Origin: Burkholderiales bacterium
Lineage (GTDB): Bacteria > Pseudomonadota > Gammaproteobacteria > Burkholderiales > SG8-39
Length of the DNA stretch: 64,000 nt
Direction of reading: 5' to 3'
Assembly (NCBI GenBank): GCA_026416295.1
Contig: JAOAFL010000032.1
Location: 655 to 64,654, forward strand
The notes under the pieces are model-generated. The model did no database searches. It had not been told where the DNA came from and saw only the letters and a program-made list of their open reading frames with translations. A program made the position numbers and the translations under genes. Positions within the stretch are counted from its first letter, which is position 1, and the number at the start of each line of letters is the position of its first letter. Positions 40,900 through 52,548 of the stretch are shown piece by piece.

Positions 40900-41345
40900 C
40901 AGCGGCAGACGAGCACCGGGATTTTCGAGTGCGTGAGCACCTTCTGGGTTTCGCTGCCCAGAACGAGCGCTTCCAGCCCCTTGCGGCCGTGCGACGCCAT
41001 CACGATCAGGTCGCACTTCTTCGCCTGCGCGGTGCGGATGATCGCCTTCCACGGATTCGCGTGCGCGGTGACGACGCGCCGCACCGAAAGGCCGGCGGCG
41101 CGCGCCGCCTCGTCGAGCGCCTCGAGCGCCTTGTCGGCCGCGCGCTGCGTCATCTCCTGCCAGCGCTTCTGCGTGATCTCGGGCACGTACACCGCCGCCT
41201 CGCCGAAGATCGGCGGCGCGTACGGCGGGGTGACGTACAGGCCCGTGAGCGCCGCGCGGCTCGCCTTCGCCAGCGCGATCGCGGCGGGGATCGCTCGCTT
41301 GGAAAGCGGCGAGCCGTCGGTGGGCACGAGGATGTGCTTGAACAT
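40899..41345 (-). CDS. universal stress protein (UspA family)
   Basis: 148 aa with AAGGAG upstream. It contains ILVPTDGS and CDLIVMASHGRKG..LGSETQKVLTHSKIPVLVCR. Confidence 0.88.
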   Translation of the reverse strand: MFKHILVPTDGSPLSKRAIPAAIALAKASRAALTGLYVTPPYAPPIFGEAAVYVPEITQKRWQEMTQRAADKALEALDEAARAAGLSVRRVVTAHANPWKAIIRTAQAKKCDLIVMASHGRKGLEALVLGSETQKVLTHSKIPVLVCR

Positions 41346-41396
41346 GCGCGCGTCTCCTTTCGGTCGCGACGATAGTTTGCGGTGCCGGGCGCGCGC

Positions 41397-41410
41397 TTGA
41401 CCTGCGTCAA
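41397..41410. promoter_or_regulatory. Crp/Fnr-type palindrome TTGACCTGCGTCAA
   Basis: It is a perfect TTGAC-N4-GTCAA repeat. The centre is 58.5 nt upstream of the usp ATG at 41345. Confidence 0.6.
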
Positions 41411-41415
41411 ACGGC

Positions 41416-43689
<2,274 letters not shown>

Positions 43690-43989
43690 CGCAGGGCGCT
43701 CGCCGAAAGAGGCGGCAAGTTAGCAAAATTCGTCTGCGCGCGCGAAGGGAAGTCCGAGTCCCGCCCGGGCTGCGCCGCTCGCGCGGGGCGCAGGCGCGGC
43801 AGCGGTCGTTGCAACGGGGCGAGGTCTCGATCTTGACGCGCTCTTGCGCCGCGAGCGCGGCGCGCGTGCGCTCGGCCGGATGCGGGCGATCGCGGCGATG
43901 CGCTCGGCGATGCACCCATGCGGCGAGGCTGCGTCGCCGCTCCGCACGCCGGTTTGATCGAGATCGATGCGGGCGGTATGGTGCGAGGG

Positions 43990-44403
43990 ATGAAGACCAC
44001 GCTCGTTCCCGGACTTTCTCTTGCGCGCCGGCTCGTCGTCGACGAGGCGCGCTGCATCGCCTTCATGGGTCGCGAAGGCATGGTGTACGCCACGCCCTCG
44101 ATGGTGAGCGACGTCGAGTACGCATGCCGCGATTTTCTCCTCGCGCACCTCGATCCCGGCGAGGATTCGGTCGGCGCGCACGTCTCGATCGACCACGTCG
44201 CCGCCACGCCCCTCGGCATGGAGGTGACGGTCGAGGCGCGCGTGGCGAGCGTCGAAGGGCGGCGCGTCGCGTTCGAGTTCCGCGTGCGCGACGAGGTGGA
44301 GGAGTGCGGCCGCGGAACCCACGTGCGCGTCGTGGTGGAGGGCGACAGGACGCGCGCGCGGCTCGCTGCGAAACGCGCGCGCGCCGCGGCGCGAAAGCCG
44401 TAG
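43990..44403 (+). CDS. hotdog-fold thioesterase (paralogue of 15572..15979)
   Basis: 137 aa from ATG 43990; ATG 43978 is also possible. It is about half identical by eye to the pad-associated thioesterase (VYATPSMVSDVEYACRDFLLAHLDPGEDSVG). Confidence 0.65.
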   Translation: MKTTLVPGLSLARRLVVDEARCIAFMGREGMVYATPSMVSDVEYACRDFLLAHLDPGEDSVGAHVSIDHVAATPLGMEVTVEARVASVEGRRVAFEFRVRDEVEECGRGTHVRVVVEGDRTRARLAAKRARAAARKP

Positions 44404-44419
44404 AATCGTTTGCCCACAG

Positions 44420-45487
44420 ATGCGGTTCGCGATCGTGCTTGCGCTCGCCGCGGCCACAGCGCTCGCGCAGGCGCCGAAGGAGGCGGGCAAGGCGGGCGCG
44501 GGCAAGGCGCCGCCACCGATGCCGGTGAAGGCTGCGCCGGCGCGCGTCGCGCCGGCGGTGGAGGAGGCGAGCGCGGTCGGCACGCTGCGCGCCGACGAGG
44601 CGGTGACCATCCGTCCCGAGATCGCGGGGCGCATCGCCGAGATCCGCTTCGAGGAAGGCCAGCGCGTCGAGCGCGGCGCGCTGCTCGTCGCGCTCGATGC
44701 GTCCGAGGCGAAGGCGCAGCTCGCCTCGGCGAGCGCGCAGGCGGCGCTCGATGCGCAGCGCCTTGCGCGCGCCGAGGACCTCTTCCAGAAAAACTTCATC
44801 AGCCGCCAGGCGCTCGACGAGGCGCGCGCGAACGCGGCGCGCTCGGCGGCGGCGGTGCGCGAGATCGAGGCGCGCCTTGCGAAGACCGAGATGCGCGCGC
44901 CGTTCGCCGGCGTCGTCGGCCTGCGGCAGGTGAGCGCGGGCGCGGTGGTCGCCGCCGGCACCGACATCGCGCGGCTCGAAAGAATCGACCCGCTGAAACT
45001 CGATTTCCGCCTGCCCGAGACCTACGTCGCGCGGCTGCGCGCCGGGCAGACGGTGAGGATCGCGGTCGACGCCTGGCCGGGGCAGAGCTTCGCCGGCCGC
45101 GTGTACGCGATCGAGCCGGCGGTGGACGAGGCGACGCGCACCGTGCTCGTTCGCGCGCGCATCGCGAACCCCGACCTGCGGCTGCGCCCCGGGATGTTCG
45201 CGCGCGTCGCGCTCGAACTCGGCGCGCGCGAAAAGGCGATCTGGATTCCGGAGCAGGCGGTGGTGCCCCGCGGGCAGGACGCGTTCGTCTATCGGGTCGC
45301 CGACGGCCGTGCCGACCTCGTCAAGGTCCGCCTCGGCGTGCGCCGCCCGGGCGAGGTCGAGGTGCTCGCCGGGCTTTCCGCCGGCGACCTGGTGGTGACC
45401 GAAGGGACGCTTCGGCTCTTTCCCGGCGCGGCGGTGACGCTCATGCCCGAAAAACCCGCCGCCGCGGCGGGCGAAAAGAAAGGCTAG
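44420..45487 (+). CDS. RND efflux membrane fusion (periplasmic adaptor) protein
   Basis: 355 aa with a signal peptide, a coiled-coil hairpin and beta-barrel MFP motifs (IRPEIAGRI, MRAPFAGVVG). Confidence 0.88.
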   Translation: MRFAIVLALAAATALAQAPKEAGKAGAGKAPPPMPVKAAPARVAPAVEEASAVGTLRADEAVTIRPEIAGRIAEIRFEEGQRVERGALLVALDASEAKAQLASASAQAALDAQRLARAEDLFQKNFISRQALDEARANAARSAAAVREIEARLAKTEMRAPFAGVVGLRQVSAGAVVAAGTDIARLERIDPLKLDFRLPETYVARLRAGQTVRIAVDAWPGQSFAGRVYAIEPAVDEATRTVLVRARIANPDLRLRPGMFARVALELGAREKAIWIPEQAVVPRGQDAFVYRVADGRADLVKVRLGVRRPGEVEVLAGLSAGDLVVTEGTLRLFPGAAVTLMPEKPAAAAGEKKG

Positions 45488-45490
45488 CGC

Positions 45491-48400
45491 GTGGGGCTGC
45501 CCGACCTGTGCATTCGCCGCCCGGTGCTCGCCACCGTGATGAGCCTGCTCATCGTGCTCCTCGGACTGATCGCGTTCGAGCGGCTGTCGGTGCGCGAGTA
45601 CCCGAAGATCGACACACCGGTCGTGTCGGTGCGCACGGTCTACAAGGGCGCGAGCCCCCAGGTGATCGAATCGCAGGTGACCCAGCCGCTCGAGGACGCG
45701 CTCTCGGGGATCGAGGGCGTACGCACCCTCAAGTCGGTCTCGCGCGAGGAGGTATCGCAGATCACCGTCGAGTTCGCGATCGAGCGCAACGTCGATGCCG
45801 CCGCAAACGACGTGCGCGACCGAGTGGCGCGCGTGCGCGCGCTGCTTCCGCAGGCGGCCGACGATCCGGTGGTGGCGAAGATCGAGGCCGACGCGCAGGC
45901 GATCCTGTGGGCGCGCCTCGCCTCGGACCGGCACGATGCGCTCGCGCTCTCGGACTACGCCGACCGCTACGTCGCCGACCGCCTGAAGACGCTGCCTGGC
46001 GTCGCCTCGGTGATCATCGGCGGCGAGCGTCGCTACGCGATGCGCATCTGGCTCGACCGCGACCGGCTCGCCGCCTATGGCCTCACGCCCCAAGATGTCG
46101 AGAGCGCGCTGCGGCGGCAGAACGTCGAGATCCCCGCGGGCCGGATCGAGTCGGCCGAGCGCGAGTTCAGCGTGCTCGCCGAGGCCGACCTGCGCAGCGC
46201 CGCGCAGTTCAACGACATGATCGTCGCCGAAGCGCGCGGCTATCCGGTCCGGCTGCGCGACGTCGGTCACGCCGCGCTCGGCGCGCTCGATGAGCGCAAC
46301 ATCGTGCGCGTGAACGGCGATCCGGCGGTGGGGCTCGGCGTCGTCAAGCAGTCGGCGGCGAACACGCTCGAGGTCGCGCGCGCGGTGAAGGCGGAACTGG
46401 AGCGCATGACGCCGACGCTGCCCGAGGGCATGCGCCTTGCGGTCGCGTTCGACGCCTCGGTGTTCATCGAGCGCTCGATCGAGGCGGTGTACCGCACGAT
46501 GGGCGAGGCGGTGCTGCTCGTCGTGCTCGTCATCTTCCTGTTCCTGCGGTCGCTGCGCGCGACGCTCGTGCCGTTCGTCACCATTCCGGTGTCGCTCGTC
46601 GGCGCGGTGTTCGTGCTCTACCTCTTCGGGTTCACGATCAACGTGCTGACGCTGCTCGGCCTCGTGCTCGCGATCGGCCTGGTGGTCGACGACGCGATCG
46701 TGGTGCTCGAGAACTGCCATCGGCACCTGGAGATGGGCAAGACGCCCGCCGCCGCGGCCGCCGACGGGTCGCGCGAGATCGCGTTCGCGGTGCTCGCGAT
46801 GACCTTCACGCTCGCGGCGGTGTTCGCGCCGGTCGCGTTCGTGCCCGGAAACACCGGGCGGCTGTTCGCCGAATTCGCGCTCACGGTCGCGGCGGCGGTC
46901 GCGGTCTCTGGCTTCGTCGCGCTCACGTTGACGCCGATGATGTGCGCGCGCCTCTTGCGCGCGCACGCGCGCCACGGCGGGCTTTACCTCGCGATGGAGC
47001 GGTTTTTTCGCGGACTGAACGAGGGCTACCGCGCGCTTCTTGCGCGGGCGCTTGCGGCGCGCGCGCTCGTCGCGACGGCGTTCGTCGCCGTGCTCGGCGC
47101 GACCGTGTGGGTGTATACGACGCTGAAGGACGAGCTTTCGCCGCTCGAAGACCGCGGCTTCTTCGTGACCCTTGTCCTCGCCCCCGAGGGTGCCTCGCTC
47201 GACTACACCGACCGCCACATGCGCGAGATCGAGCGGCTGTTCGCCGAGGTGCCCGAAATCCGCTCCTACTTCACGGTGGTCGCGCCGGGCCTCGAGCGCC
47301 CCAACCCGGTGAACGTCGGCATCGCGTTCGTGCAGCTCGCGCCCTGGGAGGAGCGCGCGCGCCGCACGCGCGAGGTGACCGCGGAGCTCCGGCCGAAGAT
47401 GTTCATGGCGCTGCCGGGCGTACTCGCGTTTCCGGTCGATCCCCCCTCGCTCGGGCAGAGCTTCCGCAACCCGCCGGTGCAGTTCGTCATCCAGGCCGAT
47501 TCCTACGAGGCGCTCGAGCGCATGTCGCAGGCGCTCCTTGCGCGCCTGCGACAGAGTCCGGCGCTCGCGAACGCCGACGTGGACCTGCGCCTGAACAAGC
47601 CGCAGCTCGCGGTGGACATCGACCGCGACAAGGCCGCCGCGCTCGGCATCGACGTCGAGGCGATCGGCCGCACGCTCGAGACGCTGCTCGGCGGGCGCCA
47701 GGTGACGCGCTTCAAGCGCGAGGGCAAGCAGTACGACGTCGTCGTGCAGCTCGAGCCGAAGGACCGCGCGACGCCGGCGGACCTTTCGGCGATCTACGTG
47801 CGCGCGCGCGACGGCCGGCCGGTGCAGCTCGCGAATCTCGTGCGCGTGCGCGAGACCGTGGGGCCGAAGGAGCTCAACCACTTCAACCGCCAGCGCGCGG
47901 CGCTCATCTCGGCCAATGTCGCTCCCGGCTACACGCTCGGGGAGGCGCTCGCGCAACTGGAGGCAGCGGCGCGCGAGGTGCTCGACGCGGGCGCGCGCAC
48001 CGCGCTCGACGGTCCCTCGCGCGAGTTCCGCGAGTCGGGGCAGGCGCTCGCGTTCGCGTTCGTGCTCGCGCTCGCGTTCATCTACCTCATGCTCGCGGCG
48101 CAGTTCGAGAGCTTCGTCGCGCCGTTCGTCATCCTGCTCACCGTGCCGCTCGCCTCGCTCGGGGCGCTCGCCGCGCTCAAGTGGACCGGCGGCACGCTGA
48201 ACGTGTACTCCAAGGTGGGCCTCATCATGCTGATCGGCCTGATCACCAAGCACGGCATTTTGATCGTCGAGTTCGCCAACCAGTTGCGCAGCCGCGGGCG
48301 CGCGACCGTCGAGGCGGTGCTGGAAGCTTCGGTGCTGCGGCTGCGGCCGATCCTCATGACCACCGGGGCGATGGTGCTCGGGGCGGTGCCCCTTGCGCTC

Positions 48401-48565
48401 GCGACCGGCGCCGGGGCGGAAGCGCGCCAGCCGATCGGCTGGGTGATCGTGGGAGGGCTCACGCTCGGCACCGTGTTCACGCTGTTCGTCATCCCGGTCG
48501 CCTACACGCTCGTCGTGCGCGAGCGGCGCGCGCGCGCCGAGCCGGTCGCCGCCGGCGCCGAGTGA
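45491..48565 (+). CDS. RND efflux transporter permease (AcrB/MdtB family)
   Basis: 1024 aa from GTG 45491. It has a 12-TM AcrB-type architecture (IRRPVLATVMSL.., VVDDAIVVLEN). Confidence 0.92.
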   Translation: MGLPDLCIRRPVLATVMSLLIVLLGLIAFERLSVREYPKIDTPVVSVRTVYKGASPQVIESQVTQPLEDALSGIEGVRTLKSVSREEVSQITVEFAIERNVDAAANDVRDRVARVRALLPQAADDPVVAKIEADAQAILWARLASDRHDALALSDYADRYVADRLKTLPGVASVIIGGERRYAMRIWLDRDRLAAYGLTPQDVESALRRQNVEIPAGRIESAEREFSVLAEADLRSAAQFNDMIVAEARGYPVRLRDVGHAALGALDERNIVRVNGDPAVGLGVVKQSAANTLEVARAVKAELERMTPTLPEGMRLAVAFDASVFIERSIEAVYRTMGEAVLLVVLVIFLFLRSLRATLVPFVTIPVSLVGAVFVLYLFGFTINVLTLLGLVLAIGLVVDDAIVVLENCHRHLEMGKTPAAAAADGSREIAFAVLAMTFTLAAVFAPVAFVPGNTGRLFAEFALTVAAAVAVSGFVALTLTPMMCARLLRAHARHGGLYLAMERFFRGLNEGYRALLARALAARALVATAFVAVLGATVWVYTTLKDELSPLEDRGFFVTLVLAPEGASLDYTDRHMREIERLFAEVPEIRSYFTVVAPGLERPNPVNVGIAFVQLAPWEERARRTREVTAELRPKMFMALPGVLAFPVDPPSLGQSFRNPPVQFVIQADSYEALERMSQALLARLRQSPALANADVDLRLNKPQLAVDIDRDKAAALGIDVEAIGRTLETLLGGRQVTRFKREGKQYDVVVQLEPKDRATPADLSAIYVRARDGRPVQLANLVRVRETVGPKELNHFNRQRAALISANVAPGYTLGEALAQLEAAAREVLDAGARTALDGPSREFRESGQALAFAFVLALAFIYLMLAAQFESFVAPFVILLTVPLASLGALAALKWTGGTLNVYSKVGLIMLIGLITKHGILIVEFANQLRSRGRATVEAVLEASVLRLRPILMTTGAMVLGAVPLALATGAGAEARQPIGWVIVGGLTLGTVFTLFVIPVAYTLVVRERRARAEPVAAGAE

Positions 48566-48576
48566 AAGGAGGGGAC

Positions 48577-48957
48577 GTGCGCTCGCGCTATCACATCCGG
48601 CAGACGGACGTCGCGCCGTATTCGCCGGCGAATCACACCGGCACGAGGAACTTTCGCCTGGTCGGTCCGGAGACCGTCGGCGCGAAGAACGTCGAGGTGA
48701 TCGTCGGCGAAATCGAGCGCGGCAAGGGGGCGCTTCCGCACGCGCACCCCGGGATCGAGCAGGTGTGCTACCTGCTCGAGGGCGAGGCGCACGTGGAAGT
48801 GGCGGGCGAAAAGTTCGAACTGAAGCCGGGCGAAGCCTGCTTCTTTCCCGCCGACGCCGTGCACCTTTTCGTCGTCACCAGCGAGCGCGCGAAAGTCCTC
48901 GTCATCTATTCGCCGCCCTACGGCGAGGATCCCGCGCGCGTGCGCCGGCCGGGGTGA
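48577..48957 (+). CDS. cupin domain protein
   Basis: 126 aa from GTG 48577, with AAGGAGGGG upstream. The cupin motifs are HAHPGIEQVCYLLEGE and ACFFPADAVH. Confidence 0.75.
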   Translation: MRSRYHIRQTDVAPYSPANHTGTRNFRLVGPETVGAKNVEVIVGEIERGKGALPHAHPGIEQVCYLLEGEAHVEVAGEKFELKPGEACFFPADAVHLFVVTSERAKVLVIYSPPYGEDPARVRRPG

Positions 48958-48962
48958 GGGCG

Positions 48963-50129
48963 ATGGACTTCGCCTTCACGCCCGAGCAGGAACGCATCCG
49001 CGAGGCGGTGGCGAAGCTCTGCGCGCGCTTCGGCGACGCCTACTGGCTGGAAAAGGACCGCGCGGGCGGCTTCCCCGAGGAGTTCCACCGGGCGCTTGCC
49101 GCCGACGGCTGGCTCGGGATCGCGATGCCCGAAGCCTACGGCGGCGCCGGCCTCGGCATCACCGAGGCGGCGATCATGATGCAGACGATCGCCGAATCGG
49201 GCGCGGGCTTTTCCGGGGCCTCGGCGGTGCACATGAACATCTTCGGCCTCAATCCGGTGGTCGTCTTCGGCACCGACGAACAGAAGCGCAGGATGCTTCC
49301 GCCGCTCATCGCCGGGCGCGAGCGCGCCTGTTTCGCGGTCACCGAGCCGAATACGGGGCTCGACACCACGCGCCTCGCGACCCGCGCGGAAAAAAGGAGC
49401 GGCACGTACTACATCAGCGGGCAGAAGGTCTGGATCTCGACTGCGCAGGTCGCCGAGAAGATCCTGCTTCTTGCGCGCACCACGCCGATCGAGCAGGTGA
49501 AAAAGCCCGCCGCGGGGCTTTCGCTCTTCTATACCGATCTTGACCGGCGCTACGTCGAGGTGCGGGAAATCGACAAGATGGGCCGCAAGGCGGTGGACTC
49601 GAACCAGGTGTTCTTCGACGCGATGCCGGTGCCGGAAGCCGACCGCATCGGCGAGGAGGGCCGCGGCTTCGAATACATCCTGCACGGCATGAACCCCGAG
49701 CGCATCCTCATCGCCGCCGAGTCGGTGGGGCTCGGCCGCTGCGCGCTCGCGCGCGCGGCGAACTACGCCAAAGAGCGGATTGTCTTCGGCCGCCCGATCG
49801 GCAAGAACCAGGCGATCCAGCATCCGCTCGCCGCGAACTGGATGGCGCTCGAGGCGGCGAACCTGATGGTTTTCAAGGCTGCCTGGCTCTATGACCGCGG
49901 CAAACCGTGCGGCGCCGAGGCGAACGCGGCCAAATACCTCGCCGCGGAAGCGGCGTTCGACGCCTGCCAGCAGGCGGTGATGACGCACGGCGGATTCGGC
50001 TACGCGAAGGAGTACCACGTCGAGCGGTATCTGCGCGAATCGCTGATCGGCCGCATCGCGCCGGTCTCGCCGCAGCTGATTCTGTGCTTCATCGCCGAGC
50101 GGGTGCTCGGCCTGCCGAAGTCGTACTGA
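48963..50129 (+). CDS. acyl-CoA dehydrogenase
   Basis: 388 aa. The ACAD pattern is present (CFAVTEPNTGLD, GQKVWIS, GGFGYAKEYHVERYLRE). Confidence 0.9.
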   Translation: MDFAFTPEQERIREAVAKLCARFGDAYWLEKDRAGGFPEEFHRALAADGWLGIAMPEAYGGAGLGITEAAIMMQTIAESGAGFSGASAVHMNIFGLNPVVVFGTDEQKRRMLPPLIAGRERACFAVTEPNTGLDTTRLATRAEKRSGTYYISGQKVWISTAQVAEKILLLARTTPIEQVKKPAAGLSLFYTDLDRRYVEVREIDKMGRKAVDSNQVFFDAMPVPEADRIGEEGRGFEYILHGMNPERILIAAESVGLGRCALARAANYAKERIVFGRPIGKNQAIQHPLAANWMALEAANLMVFKAAWLYDRGKPCGAEANAAKYLAAEAAFDACQQAVMTHGGFGYAKEYHVERYLRESLIGRIAPVSPQLILCFIAERVLGLPKSY

Positions 50130-50196
50130 GCCCGATCCGCGAATCGGCGGCGTGCGCGAGTCGCGCGCGCGCACGCGCCGAGGTAAGCTTGCGGCC

Positions 50197-50652
50197 ATGA
50201 ACGAACCGGTACCGGTCGTCGGTCGCGGCTTCTGCTACGAGGACCTGCGCGTCGGGTTTCGCTTTCGCACGCACCGGCGCACGATCGCGGAGGCCGACGT
50301 CGCCGGCTTCGTCAACCTCACCTGGCTCACCGAGGAACTGTTCACCGTCGCCGACGACTCGGGCCGCGCGATCAAGGGCCGCCCGGTGCCGGCCGCGCTC
50401 GTCTATGCGTTCGCCGAAGGGCTGCTTTTGCCCACGATGCAGGACACCGGCCTCGCCTTCCTCAACGCGACGATCGACGTCAAGGCCCCGACCTTCGTCG
50501 GCGACACGATCCACGTGGAAGCCGAGGTCGTCGAATGCCGGCTCACCTCGAAGGGCGACCGGGGCCTCGCGCGCTTCGCAAACCGCGTCGTGAAGCAGGA
50601 CGGGACCGTCGCGCTCGAATACAACCCGCTGCGGCTGCTCAAGCGCCGGTGA
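50197..50652 (+). CDS. MaoC-like (R)-specific enoyl-CoA hydratase/dehydratase
   Basis: 151 aa with a hotdog fold (TIAEADVAGFVNLTW.., GDTIHVEAEVVE). Confidence 0.8.
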   Translation: MNEPVPVVGRGFCYEDLRVGFRFRTHRRTIAEADVAGFVNLTWLTEELFTVADDSGRAIKGRPVPAALVYAFAEGLLLPTMQDTGLAFLNATIDVKAPTFVGDTIHVEAEVVECRLTSKGDRGLARFANRVVKQDGTVALEYNPLRLLKRR

Positions 50653-51053
50653 TCGATCGCATCGACCACGTCGTCCTCACCACCCGCGACCGCGAGGGCT
50701 GCGTGCGCTTCTACACCGAGGTGCTCGGCATGCGGCTGGAATCGTTTCGCACCGCGACCGAGACCCGCTGGGCGCTCGCCTTCGGCAGCCAGAAGATCAA
50801 CCTGCACGAGTGGGGCCGGGAGTTCTCGCCGCGCGCGCACGTCGCGGCGCCCGGAACGCTCGACCTCTGCTTCGTCGCCTCGGTGCCGCTCGAGGAAGTG
50901 ATCCGCAGGCTGGAAGCGGCGGGCGTGCCGATTCTCGAAGGGCCGGTGGCGCGCACCGGCGCGCTCGGGCCGATGCGCTCGGTGTACGTGCGCGACCCCG
51001 ACCTCAACCTCGTCGAAATCGCCGAGTACGTCAGCGCCCCGGACCGAGCGTGA
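50649..51053 (+). CDS. VOC/glyoxalase-family protein
   Basis: 134 aa from GTG 50649 (GTGA overlap). It contains IDHVVLTT..FYTEVLGM and VYVRDPDLNLVEI. Confidence 0.8.
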   Translation: MIDRIDHVVLTTRDREGCVRFYTEVLGMRLESFRTATETRWALAFGSQKINLHEWGREFSPRAHVAAPGTLDLCFVASVPLEEVIRRLEAAGVPILEGPVARTGALGPMRSVYVRDPDLNLVEIAEYVSAPDRA

Positions 51054-52548
51054 ACCAGAAGGTCGCGCCCGCGCCGGGCGCGGCCTCGGCCCAGACGCGC
51101 CCGCCGTGGCGCTCGACCACGCGCTTGACGATCGCCAGCCCGATTCCGGTGCCGGCGTACTCGCTCGGCGGGTGCAGCCGCTCGAACGGCCGGAAGAGCT
51201 TTGCGGCGTACGCCATGTCGAAGCCGACGCCGTTGTCGCGCACGAAGTACGCCTGCGCTGCCGCGTCCCAGCCGACCTCGACGCGCGGCCGCTCGGCGCG
51301 CGCCGAGTACTTGAGCGCGTTGTCGAGCAGATTGACGAGCGCCTGGCGCACGAGCGTGGCGTCGCCTTCGGCCGGCGGCAGCGACGCGATCGCGAGCTCG
51401 GCACCCGGGTAGCGCGGCTCGAGCTCTGCCGCGACGGCGCGCGCGAGCGCCGCGAGGTCGAGCGGCGCGCGCGCGAGCCCCGCGCGCGAGACGCGCGCGA
51501 GCGTGAGCAGGTCGTCCACCAGCGCCCCGAGGCGCCGGGCGCTGTCCTCGACCACGCCGAGCATGCGCCGGCCTTCGCTCGAGAGCCGCTCGCCTTCGTC
51601 CTCGATCACCATGCGCGCGAACGCGCCCATCGCGCGGATCGGCGCGCGCAGATCGTGCGACACCGAATACGAGAACGACTCGAGCTCCGCGATCGCCGCC
51701 TCCAGTTGCGCGGTGCGCTCGCGCACGCGTCGCTCGAGGGTCTGGTTCAGTTCGCGGATCGCCTGCTCGGCGAGCTTGCGCTCGGTGATGTCCTGCACCG
51801 TTCCGCTGACGACCGGCTCGCCGGCGCCGTCGTACGCAGTGGCGTCGACGGTGGCGGTGAAATACCGAAGCGGCATCAGCGCCGGATCGATGCGAAAGTC
51901 GAAGCTCGCGCTCGCGCGCTCGCGGATCGCCGCGCGCAGCCCCTCGTCCACCGCCTGCCGGTCCTCCGGATGCAATAGCCTCAGGAACTCCGACCACGGG
52001 GGCGGGCCGAGCGCCGGATCGCGCCCGAAGAGCCGGTACATCTGCGCCGACCAGTGGCCGCTGCGCCGCGCCGGATAGAGCTTCCAGGTTCCGAGTCGCA
52101 TGCGCGCCTGCGCGTCTTCCAGCTCGGCGACCGCCTCGCGCAGCGCCTGCTCGGCGCGCCGGCGCGCGCTGATGTCGAGGCAGATGGTGAAGATCTCGCC
52201 GCCGGGCAGGCGGATATCGCGCACGAGGAGCCAGCGCTCGGCGCCGCGGCGCACCTCGAACTCGCCGCCGCGCGCGCGCAGCGCGAGCCGCTCGGCGAGC
52301 CAGCCGCGCGGGTCGGCGGCCTTGTCCGGAAACTCGCCCGCCTCGAGCGCCGCCGCGAGGTGCTCGGCGTAGCGCCGGCCGGGCGCAAGCAGCGGTTCCA
52401 GTCCCGGGTTGAGCGCGAGAAACGCCCGGTTGACGAACAGGATGCGGTCCTCGGCGTCGCACAGGCACGCCGGATCGGGGTACGCCTCGAGCGCGGCGCG
52501 AAGGAGCGCGTCGGTGCCTCTCGGCCGCCGCGCGCCCCGGCCGCTCAC
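51031..52548 (-). CDS. soluble PAS-PAS sensor histidine kinase (HisKA type), no cognate regulator adjacent
   Basis: 505 aa from GTG 52548, which forms a GTGA overlap with the upstream gene stop. It has two PAS-like segments, the H-box FSYSVSHDLRAPIR, and N/G boxes LLDNALKY, DNGVGFD, GTGIGLAIVKR. Confidence 0.8.
   Translation of the reverse strand: MSGRGARRPRGTDALLRAALEAYPDPACLCDAEDRILFVNRAFLALNPGLEPLLAPGRRYAEHLAAALEAGEFPDKAADPRGWLAERLALRARGGEFEVRRGAERWLLVRDIRLPGGEIFTICLDISARRRAEQALREAVAELEDAQARMRLGTWKLYPARRSGHWSAQMYRLFGRDPALGPPPWSEFLRLLHPEDRQAVDEGLRAAIRERASASFDFRIDPALMPLRYFTATVDATAYDGAGEPVVSGTVQDITERKLAEQAIRELNQTLERRVRERTAQLEAAIAELESFSYSVSHDLRAPIRAMGAFARMVIEDEGERLSSEGRRMLGVVEDSARRLGALVDDLLTLARVSRAGLARAPLDLAALARAVAAELEPRYPGAELAIASLPPAEGDATLVRQALVNLLDNALKYSARAERPRVEVGWDAAAQAYFVRDNGVGFDMAYAAKLFRPFERLHPPSEYAGTGIGLAIVKRVVERHGGRVWAEAAPGAGATFWFTLGPGR

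Larger units (their letters stand above)
40453..41345 (-). repeat. tandem gene duplication (two 447-nt usp copies)
   Basis: The two copies have identical lengths and end to end share one nucleotide. Their 3' thirds are clearly alignable at the DNA level. Confidence 0.8.

Noticed and set aside
43954-43967. FNR-like sequence TTGATCGAGATCGA upstream of the second thioesterase
   Set aside because: It has one mismatch, and its centre is only 17.5-29.5 nt from the candidate start codons. That placement would put the transcription start inside the gene, so it is probably fortuitous.
44063-48253. 1396-aa ORF on the minus strand
   Set aside because: It lies antisense to the well-supported adaptor + RND permease genes. 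Its translation is dominated by Arg/Ala/Glu/His/Pro runs with no recognisable domain. This is a typical GC-driven shadow ORF.
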